Below are positions 1 through 5,942 of a stretch of DNA of 47,230 nt, in pieces. The DNA is taken from contig CAJOMW010000001.1 in assembly GCA_905235695.1 (NCBI GenBank), positions 959 through 48,188 of the forward strand, written 5' to 3'. Position numbers and translations under genes: made by a program. The notes beneath the pieces were generated by a model. It saw only the letters and a list, made by a program, of their open reading frames with translations, was not told the origin of the DNA and did no database searches. How positions within the stretch are numbered: the stretch's first letter is position 1; the number at the start of each line of letters is the position of its first letter. This DNA comes from an uncultured Clostridia bacterium (GTDB lineage: Bacteria > Bacillota > Clostridia > Oscillospirales > CAG-382).

Positions 1-2
1 AT

Positions 3-40
3 GAATGACGAATAATTGAATAATACAAAACAAAAAATCC
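3..40. repeat. Degenerate heptamer array (GAATGAC GAATAAT TGAATAAT) followed by ACAAAAC and AAAAAATCC; mirror image of the GGATTTTTT-linker-array arrangement seen elsewhere; cut by the window edge
   Basis: Read directly from the sequence. Three 7-8 nt units sharing GAATRAY lie next to an A-run/ATCC half-hairpin. Confidence 0.4.
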
Positions 41-100
41 TATCTTTCTACAGGACTCAAGTGTCTTGCAAAACTCATTATACCCACAAAAATAGTTGGG

Positions 101-152
101 TGAGGTTATCAACTGCAATACTTCATGTGGAAATTTTTAGCTTTTGCAACAG
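101..152 (-). repeat. Conserved 52-nt box, copy A (reverse orientation relative to copy B at 5663-5715)
   Basis: The reverse complement, CTGTTGCAAAAGCTAAAAATTTCCACATGAAGTATTGCAGTTGATAACCTCA, differs from 5663-5715 by 2 substitutions and 1 single-nt indel. Confidence 0.9.
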
Positions 153-206
153 TCTGACGTTTGCATATTATATAACTATGTAAACCAACTCTGAAATTTA
201 TTTAAT

Positions 207-227
207 AAAAAATCCGAAGGATTTTTT
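207..227. terminator. Perfect 9-bp hairpin AAAAAATCC-GAA-GGATTTTTT with an A-run on one side and a T-run on the other; likely bidirectional intrinsic terminator serving the minus-strand gene 266-955
   Basis: Stem, loop and U-tract are read directly. The hairpin lies 39 nt downstream of the stop codon of the minus-strand CDS. Confidence 0.65.
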
Positions 228-230
228 CCT

Positions 231-265
231 TAACTCCTCACTCCTAACTCCTCACTCCTAACTCA
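231..265. repeat. Tandem heptamer array, 5 units (TAACTCC TCACTCC TAACTCC TCACTCC TAACTCA)
   Basis: Direct reading. The array abuts the stop codon (266-268) of the minus-strand CDS. Its outer 17 nt (247-263, ACTCCTCACTCCTAACT) are identical to 5924-5940. Confidence 0.95.
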
Positions 266-955
266 TCAAACGTCTCCCTCCAAAAACTTCACCGCTCTCT
301 CGACCGAGTCCTTCGCATTGCCCCACGGCTCGCTGTCGTAGCGGTAGTCAAACTTTTTGCAGAACCAGGAGACGTCCTCTTTAAGCGACTGCATATAGGC
401 GCTCTGCACTTTGTCGAGAGCTTCGATAAAGAGGGGGTACGTTTTCTTGTCGAGGCGGACCTTTGCCTTTTCGATAAAGAGCGAGGCGTGCGGCAGGCAG
501 AAATAAGGCTGAGCGGAGAGAAGGTCTCGGAATGAGCGCTCCTTTTCCCAGAGAAGCACGGCGGTCAGCACCATTTTGGAGTATTTTTCGTCGACTCTCT
601 CGCATATATAACAGCTCGAATTGAGCTTCTTCATCTCCGAAGCTGCCTTTTGGCTGTTGTCCTTGCCGAAGACCGACCTTTTGCAAATCGCTACCTTGTC
701 GGAGAGCTCTCCGAGATGGCTCTCGAGCATGAGCGCAAGGCTGAGACGGTTGTTCATTTCGAGCATCTTGTCGTAGTGCCTTCGGCAGAAGCCGAGCTCG
801 TTTGTCTTTATCCGGATGTCCGGCTCCATCATTGACGCACCCATTATGAGATCGCGCTCAGTATCCTCAAGCTCGCGCCTGAGACGGCAGAACGGGCAGC
901 CGTCCTTCTTCTCAAACGCCTGCGTCACGGGTATTGTATATATCTTCTCTTCCAT
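266..955 (-). CDS. Cys-rich conserved hypothetical protein with two tandem CxxC...CxxH modules; resembles clostridial DUF6062-type proteins
   Basis: 229-aa ORF. It carries C20PFC..C57RRH and C115YIC..C153LPH with near-identical spacing (37 and 38 residues). The family name is from memory and was not verified. Confidence 0.7.
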   Translation of the reverse strand: MEEKIYTIPVTQAFEKKDGCPFCRLRRELEDTERDLIMGASMMEPDIRIKTNELGFCRRHYDKMLEMNNRLSLALMLESHLGELSDKVAICKRSVFGKDNSQKAASEMKKLNSSCYICERVDEKYSKMVLTAVLLWEKERSFRDLLSAQPYFCLPHASLFIEKAKVRLDKKTYPLFIEALDKVQSAYMQSLKEDVSWFCKKFDYRYDSEPWGNAKDSVERAVKFLEGDV

Positions 956-1035
956 TCCGATACCTCTTTCAATGCTTTATGCATAAATAATAACATATTT
1001 TCCCGAATAAATCAACACAAATCACCGCAAAAAGG

Positions 1036-1896
1036 ATGGTAAAATTGTCTTTTGGAACACACCCGGATAAAAAGGTGGAAATAGAGCGCCCGAACAATTT
1101 CGATATAGGGCAGATATTCGACTGCGGACAGTGCTTCCGCTTTAACAGATGCGGCGAAAACGCATACGAAGGCGTCGCATTTGACAGGTACATAAAAATA
1201 GAGCAGACCGGCGGCAGGGTTATCTTTTACGGCACGGACGAAGACGACTTTGAAGGTATATGGGCGCCGTTTTTCGACCTCGGCACCGACTACGGAGCAA
1301 TAATCGACTCTTTTGGGGACGACGAGGTTCTGAGAAAAGCCGCAGATTACGCAAGCGGTATAAGAATACTGAGGCAGGACAAGTGGGAGACGCTGTGCTC
1401 CTTTATAATAAGTCAGAACAACAATATCCCGAGGATAAAGGGAATAATAGATAATATGTCAAAGCGTTTCGGAAATCTTATATGGAAAACCGATGGGCGC
1501 GAGTTTTACTCTTTTCCTACGGCAAAGAGCCTGTACGAAGCGGGGGAGGAAGAGATATTCGCCCTCAAAACGGGATTCCGTGCAAGGTACATAAACGACG
1601 CCGCAAGGACGGTTACGGAAAACCCGTTTTTCCTCACCGAGGTGTCGTCGCTCGACACGCCTTCCGCCTCCGAAAAGCTGCAGCAGATAAAGGGCGTCGG
1701 AAATAAAGTCGCCGCCTGCACTCTGCTCTTCGGATTTGCGAGAAACGACGCTTTCCCGGTCGACGTCTGGGTGAAGAGAATACTCGCAAAGTATTATCCC
1801 GACGGCGCAGGCGAAAACCTCACCGGAAAGAATGCGGGTGTTGCTCAGCAGTATCTCTTTTATTATGAGAGATGCATAAACAATGTGTTTATATGA
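1036..1896 (+). CDS. ogg: 8-oxoguanine DNA glycosylase / AP lyase (OGG1-type, HhH-GPD superfamily)
   Basis: 286 aa. The helix-hairpin-helix motif IKGVGNKVAAC is followed by FPVDVWV. The Lys and Asp spacing matches OGG1-type enzymes. Confidence 0.85.
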   Translation: MVKLSFGTHPDKKVEIERPNNFDIGQIFDCGQCFRFNRCGENAYEGVAFDRYIKIEQTGGRVIFYGTDEDDFEGIWAPFFDLGTDYGAIIDSFGDDEVLRKAADYASGIRILRQDKWETLCSFIISQNNNIPRIKGIIDNMSKRFGNLIWKTDGREFYSFPTAKSLYEAGEEEIFALKTGFRARYINDAARTVTENPFFLTEVSSLDTPSASEKLQQIKGVGNKVAACTLLFGFARNDAFPVDVWVKRILAKYYPDGAGENLTGKNAGVAQQYLFYYERCINNVFI

Positions 1897-2548
1897 ATTA
1901 TACCGAAAGGACGATATACACTTGAAAACCGAAAACAGTACAAGAGTTGCTTACAGATGCCCCTACTGCGGAGCCATCATCTCCGCCGACGTGAATATGT
2001 TCATGCTGTCGGGCGGCTTTAAAATGCCGTGTATTGAATGTCACAAATCCTCTCTGGACATGACTCTGACAAATGACAAGAAGGTGCGCCTTACCGTGCC
2101 GTGCCTTGTATGTCCGCACCCTCACCCTTACACCGTCTCGACCGAGATATTCTTCTCGAGGGACATATTTCTTCTGTCCTGCTCTTTCTCGGGACTTGAT
2201 ATATGCTTTATCGGGGACGAGGACAAGGTGGAGGACGAGATAGACCGCACGGAGTCGGTAATAATGGATCTGCTTGCGGACGCAAAGGACGATGAGAATG
2301 CGGAGATGCAGTCGGATATGCTGGTGGCGGATACGAATGTGGTGAGAGAGGTGCTCTTTGCGCTCGACAACCTTGCAAAGGAAGAAAAGATAAAGTGCGG
2401 AAATTGCGGAAGCCGTGCCGTAAAAGTCGTCATTGACTACGACGAGGTAAAGGTGGTCTGCAAGGTCTGCGGAAGGGAAGCGTCTGTCCCGGCGAGGACA
2501 AAGTTTGATGCAAACGATGCCATCGAGCTCGAAGAGCTGATACTCTGA
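1883..2548 (+). CDS. Hypothetical multi-zinc-ribbon protein (five CxxC pairs)
   Basis: 221-aa ORF overlapping the ogg stop by 14 nt. An alternative TTG start at 1922 is preceded by AAAGGA. The CxxC pairs are CPYC, CIEC, CLVC(PHPH), CGNC and CKVC. I recognise no family. Confidence 0.6.
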   Translation: MCLYELYRKDDIHLKTENSTRVAYRCPYCGAIISADVNMFMLSGGFKMPCIECHKSSLDMTLTNDKKVRLTVPCLVCPHPHPYTVSTEIFFSRDIFLLSCSFSGLDICFIGDEDKVEDEIDRTESVIMDLLADAKDDENAEMQSDMLVADTNVVREVLFALDNLAKEEKIKCGNCGSRAVKVVIDYDEVKVVCKVCGREASVPARTKFDANDAIELEELIL

Positions 2549-2550
2549 GA

Positions 2551-2580
2551 GAAAAAGCACGGGTGCCCCGTGCCTTTCAA
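2551..2580. terminator. Bidirectional intrinsic terminator between convergent genes (GCACGGG-TGC-CCCGTGC); the better U-tract is on the minus strand, serving spoVAC
   Basis: 7-bp GC-rich stem at 2557-2573. The minus strand reads hairpin then TTTTTC. Confidence 0.6.
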
Positions 2581-2657
2581 AATCACTTATCTGTTTAATA
2601 AATATCCGTATTTTATTAAATAAAAGTTTGGTATTTGGTGATATTATTATCTTGCGC

Positions 2658-3122
2658 CTACCGAGGCATATTCATGACGTAATATATTATCCCCCACACG
2701 ACGGATGCGGCGGAGCCGTAGACTATTACGGGGCCGGCGATGGTGAACATCTTTGCGCCGACGCCGGTGACAAAGCCCTCGCTCTTGCTGTCTATCGCAG
2801 GCGAGCAGACGGCGTTTGCAAAGCCGGTTATCGGCACGAGCGTGCCTGCCTTTGCGTATTTTGCTATCTTGTCGTAGACGCCGATACCCGTAAGGAGGCA
2901 GGAAAGAAATATCAGACTTACGGGGATAACGCCCTTTACGTTTTCCTCGTTTACGCCAAGGCTTTTTGCAATGTCTCCGATGCCCTGCCCGATAACGCAT
3001 ATTATTCCGCCGACGATGAACGCAATTACGCAGTCCTTGAGAAGGGTGGAGCGGGGAGCGTGATCGTCTGCGTATTTTCTGAAATCCTTTTTATCCTTCT
3101 CGCTGTATTCTCTCTTATCCAT
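2658..3122 (-). CDS. spoVAC: Stage V sporulation protein AC (SpoVAC/SpoVAEB family membrane protein)
   Basis: 154 aa. The motifs GGIICVIGQG...TLVPITGFANAV...AGPVIVYG and four predicted TM segments are typical of SpoVAC. Confidence 0.85.
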   Translation of the reverse strand: MDKREYSEKDKKDFRKYADDHAPRSTLLKDCVIAFIVGGIICVIGQGIGDIAKSLGVNEENVKGVIPVSLIFLSCLLTGIGVYDKIAKYAKAGTLVPITGFANAVCSPAIDSKSEGFVTGVGAKMFTIAGPVIVYGSAASVVWGIIYYVMNMPR

Positions 3123-3151
3123 AATAAAAATCCTTTCTTTGAGGTGTCAAC

Positions 3152-4561
3152 TTGATATTTGCCAGTTTGATATTTTTGTATCTATTTTTACCCCTAAATC
3201 TGTTAATATACTTCTTTTCAAGGTCGAATACGGCAAAAAATGTCGTTCTGCTCGTGTTTTCCCTTGTCTTTTACGCATGGGGAAGACCGTTCTGGATGCT
3301 GCTCCTTGTCTTTACGGCGCTTCTGGACTGGAACAACGCACGCCATATCGAGAAATACCGAGGAACGCCGAAGGCAAAGCTGTTTCTTGCGCTCTCGATT
3401 ATAGTTGACGTCGGAATATTCGTCGCCTTCAAGTATTCGGGATTTTTTGCGGAGAACATCAATTTCCTGTTCTCATCCGCTTTACCTGTCCCCGAGTTTG
3501 AGCTTCCGATAGGCATATCCTTCTACACCTTCCAGACGCTGACCTACGTCATAGACGTATACCGCGGAGACAGCAAGGCTCAGCCTTTGTTTTACAAGTA
3601 TCTTCTGTATCTCTCCATGTATTTCCAGCTCGTCGCCGGACCTATAGTCCGCTACGGCAATGTCGCAAATGACATAGATGGGCGCAGACCGCGCTTTAAC
3701 TCGATACACGCAGGTCTCCAAAGGTTTATCTGCGGACTTGCAAAGAAGGTTATCATAGCCGACACGGCAGGCGAGCTTGTACGAAAGTACATGGACGCAG
3801 ATCCGTCGCAGCTTCCCGTGCTTGCGGCATGGCTCGGCAGCTTTATGTATATCATTCAGCTCTACTTCGATTTTTCCGGTTACAGCGATATGGCGATAGG
3901 GCTCGGCAGGATATTCGGCTTCAGGTTCCCCGAAAACTTCAACTATCCGTATATATCAAAGTCCGTATCCGAGTTCTGGCGAAGGTGGCACATGACGCTC
4001 GGCGGCTTCTTCAGGGATTACGTTTACATTCCGCTCGGCGGCAACAGAAAGCATGTTTTCTTCAACCTGTTTGTGGTGTGGTTCCTTACCGGCTTCTGGC
4101 ACGGTGCAAGCTGGAACTTTGTAATATGGGGACTGTATAACGGGCTGTTTATTGCGCTTGAGAGGGTATTCAAGGACAAATTTGAAAAGATACCGTCCGC
4201 TTTGCGGCACATATATCTCCTGCTGGTCGTCGATATAGGCTTTGTCTTCTTCTACTTCAAAGATATGGGAAGGGCAGTGGGATATCTCGGGGCGATGTTC
4301 GGCTTCGGAAGAACCTTGGTCGATACGGATCTTGCGGTAACGTTCATGAACAACGTATTCTTTATTATACTTGCGGTCTTGCTGTGCGCCCCGGTGTCAA
4401 AGCTGCTTAAGACCGCATCCGAAAGATTTGAGGCAAAGGGAGAGGCAAGGCTCATTGCGACAGAGACGGTAAAGAACGCACTGCTTCTCGGCATACTCTT
4501 CGTATGCACCGCACTTCTCGCAGGAAACAGCTTCAGTCCGTTCCTGTACTTCCAATTTTAA
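3152..4561 (+). CDS. MBOAT-family membrane O-acyltransferase (AlgI/DltB-like)
   Basis: 469 aa. TTG start with GAGGTG 6 nt upstream. The N-terminus MIFASLIFLYLFLPL and the conserved FWRRWHMTLGGFFRDY histidine motif are present. Confidence 0.9.
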   Translation: MIFASLIFLYLFLPLNLLIYFFSRSNTAKNVVLLVFSLVFYAWGRPFWMLLLVFTALLDWNNARHIEKYRGTPKAKLFLALSIIVDVGIFVAFKYSGFFAENINFLFSSALPVPEFELPIGISFYTFQTLTYVIDVYRGDSKAQPLFYKYLLYLSMYFQLVAGPIVRYGNVANDIDGRRPRFNSIHAGLQRFICGLAKKVIIADTAGELVRKYMDADPSQLPVLAAWLGSFMYIIQLYFDFSGYSDMAIGLGRIFGFRFPENFNYPYISKSVSEFWRRWHMTLGGFFRDYVYIPLGGNRKHVFFNLFVVWFLTGFWHGASWNFVIWGLYNGLFIALERVFKDKFEKIPSALRHIYLLLVVDIGFVFFYFKDMGRAVGYLGAMFGFGRTLVDTDLAVTFMNNVFFIILAVLLCAPVSKLLKTASERFEAKGEARLIATETVKNALLLGILFVCTALLAGNSFSPFLYFQF

Positions 4562-4581
4562 AAGAGAAAGGAAAAAACGAA

Positions 4582-5532
4582 ATGGCAAAAAAACTCGGAG
4601 GGCTTGGCAAAGGCCTTGACGCACTTTTTATAGAGACGGGCAGCGATGAAAAAACGATAGGGAATATTTCTTCGGATATAGCGAAGGTCAGGATATCGGA
4701 CGTTGAGCCGGACAGGCTTCAGCCCCGTAAGAATTTCGACGAGGAATCGCTGAACACCCTTGCCGAATCCATATCGCTTCACGGCGTTCTTCAGCCGATA
4801 GTCGTGAGAAGTGCGGCGAGGGATACGGACGACGAGGAGACAAAAAAGCTGCTCGAAGGAAAGTACAGAATAGTATCGGGCGAGCGCAGGTGGCGCGCCT
4901 CAAAGATAGCAGGACTGACCGAGATACCGGTAGTCATAAAGGAGCTCACCGACAGCGAGGCGGAAGCGATAATGCTCGTCGAAAACCTCCAGAGAGAGGA
5001 TCTGAACCCGGTCGAGACCGCAAGGGGACTGAAAAGGCTCGTCGACGAATACGGACTCACGCACGAAGAGACGTCTAAGATAGTCGGCATTTCACGCCCC
5101 AATCTGACAAATTCACTCCGGCTTCTCTCGCTCCCTCAGAATGTGCTCGATTTTCTCGAAAGCGGCGATATCAGCGCCGGTCATGCAAGAGCGCTTCTGC
5201 CGCTCGAAAATGAGGACAAAATAAATGAGGCACTCGACATAGTGCTCGCAAAGAACTATTCGGTGCGCGATACGGAGAGACTTGTAAAAGGGCTTCTCGG
5301 TCAGAGCGAAAAGGCTCAGGAAAAGAAGACGTTCAAGGACATAGAAAAGCAGATATATCTCGAAAAGCTCGAAGAGAAGATTTCCTCAAAGCTCGGCAGA
5401 AAAGCGGCGATAGTGGGAAACAAGGGCAAAAAGGACGGCGGACGGCTTGAGATAGAGTATTACGGAAGCGAGGATCTCGAGACGCTGCTCAGAGAAATCT
5501 GCGGTTCCGATATTTTCAGCGAAAAAAACTGA
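4582..5532 (+). CDS. parB: ParB/Spo0J-family partition protein
   Basis: The ORF track begins at 4504. The ATG at 4582 gives the canonical MAKKLGGLGKGLDALF start with a purine-rich SD. The GERRWRA box and the HTH LTHEETSKIVGISRPNLTNSLRLL are present. Confidence 0.9.
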   Translation: MAKKLGGLGKGLDALFIETGSDEKTIGNISSDIAKVRISDVEPDRLQPRKNFDEESLNTLAESISLHGVLQPIVVRSAARDTDDEETKKLLEGKYRIVSGERRWRASKIAGLTEIPVVIKELTDSEAEAIMLVENLQREDLNPVETARGLKRLVDEYGLTHEETSKIVGISRPNLTNSLRLLSLPQNVLDFLESGDISAGHARALLPLENEDKINEALDIVLAKNYSVRDTERLVKGLLGQSEKAQEKKTFKDIEKQIYLEKLEEKISSKLGRKAAIVGNKGKKDGGRLEIEYYGSEDLETLLREICGSDIFSEKN

Positions 5533-5550
5533 ATTAGTGAGGATAATAAA

Positions 5551-5585
5551 AGTTAGGAGTGAGGAGTGAGGAGTGAGGAGTTGAT
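5551..5585. repeat. Tandem heptamer array (AGTTAGG AGTGAGG AGTGAGG AGTGAGG AGTTGAT), reverse complement of the TAACTCC/TCACTCC arrays
   Basis: Direct reading. An extra isolated AGTGAGG unit sits at 5536-5542. Confidence 0.95.
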
Positions 5586-5588
5586 GTA

Positions 5589-5609
5589 GATTTTTGCGTT
5601 GCAAAAATC
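5589..5609. other. Perfect 9-bp hairpin GATTTTTGC-GTT-GCAAAAATC
   Basis: Direct reading. There is no U-tract after it on the plus strand. Confidence 0.8.
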
Positions 5610-5662
5610 CGAAAAAATTAGTTATTTATCGCATTTCTTGACGATTCCAAAATTTTTTCAGG

Positions 5663-5715
5663 CTGTTGCAAAAGCAAAAAATTTCCAACATGGAGTATTG
5701 CAGTTGATAACCTCA
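5663..5715 (+). repeat. Conserved 53-nt box, copy B
   Basis: CTGTTGCAAAAGCAAAAAATTTCCAACATGGAGTATTGCAGTTGATAACCTCA matches the reverse complement of 101-152. It lies 53 nt from hairpin 5589-5609, and copy A lies 54 nt from its hairpin. Confidence 0.9.
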
Positions 5716-5736
5716 TTCGAGCGGCACCCCATACGG

Positions 5737-5785
5737 AGCCAACCATTGGCTTCCCCTTGAGGGGAAGCTGTCAGCGTAAGCTGAC
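5737..5785 (+). other. Three consecutive hairpins (AGCCAA-CCA-TTGGCT; TTCCCC-TTGA-GGGGAA; GTCAGC-GTAA-GCTGAC); candidate structured RNA or REP-like module
   Basis: Stems are read directly. The third loop is a GNRA tetraloop. The strand is assumed from the neighbouring genes. Confidence 0.35.
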
Positions 5786-5827
5786 TGATGAGGTGAAACA
5801 ATTAAAAATTGTTAGATTTTTCCCTTA

Positions 5828-5855
5828 ATTGCGAATTGCGCATTGCGAATTGCGC
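5828..5855. repeat. Perfect tandem duplication of the 14-mer ATTGCGAATTGCGC (can also be read as 7/8-nt AATTGCG(C) units)
   Basis: Direct reading. Confidence 0.95.
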
Positions 5856-5859
5856 ATTA

Positions 5860-5880
5860 AAAAAATCCAAAGGATTTTTT
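5860..5880. terminator. Perfect 9-bp hairpin AAAAAATCC-AAA-GGATTTTTT; same module as 207-227 with a different loop
   Basis: Direct reading. A-run and T-run flanks give a bidirectional terminator-like form. Confidence 0.6.
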
Positions 5881-5886
5881 GTACCT

Positions 5887-5942
5887 TAACTCCTCACTCC
5901 TAACTCCTAACTCCTAACTTCTAACTCCTCACTCCTAACTGA
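5887..5942. repeat. Tandem heptamer array, 8 units (TAACTCC TCACTCC TAACTCC TAACTCC TAACTTC TAACTCC TCACTCC TAACTGA)
   Basis: Direct reading. It ends 17 nt before the ATG at 5959. Confidence 0.95.

Noticed and set aside
144-171. Promoter-like TTGCAA-16-TATTAT overlapping box copy A, which would give a transcript of about 50 nt ending at hairpin 207-227
   Set aside because: The -10 element is not conserved at the equivalent position of copy B, where the minus strand reads GGAATC. It therefore cannot be the conserved function of the box. It may still be a fortuitous local promoter.
231-265. Heptamer arrays read as a CRISPR array (also 5551-5585 and 5887-5942)
   Set aside because: The units are 7 nt and contiguous, with no spacers. 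No cas genes or leader are present. These are simple tandem repeats, not CRISPR.
1898-3155. 220-aa minus-strand ORF (1898-2560) and 175-aa plus-strand ORF (2628-3155)
   Set aside because: They are antisense to the zinc-ribbon gene and to spoVAC respectively. Each partner strand carries recognisable motifs (CxxC pairs, SpoVAC signature), and these ORFs do not.
4504-4581. N-terminal extension of parB given in the ORF track (start at 4504)
   Set aside because: It would overlap the MBOAT gene by 58 nt and add a non-conserved basic peptide. The ATG at 4582 gives the canonical ParB N-terminus MAKKLGGLGKGLDALF with a purine-rich SD.
5785-5799. Hammerhead-ribozyme-like core CUGAUGAG..GAAAC (also CCUGAUGAG on the minus strand at 31981-31989)
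   Set aside because: Only 2 nt separate CUGAUGAG from GAAAC, so helix II cannot form. I could build no helix I or III and no cleavage-site context. The second site lacks GAAA in the required position. This is a chance match to a short motif.
5718-5815. Group II intron domain V/VI remnant or retron msr/msd RNA
   Set aside because: There is no domain-V-like AGC...GAAA...GU hairpin of the right size and no reverse transcriptase gene nearby. The hairpins are too short (5-6 bp).
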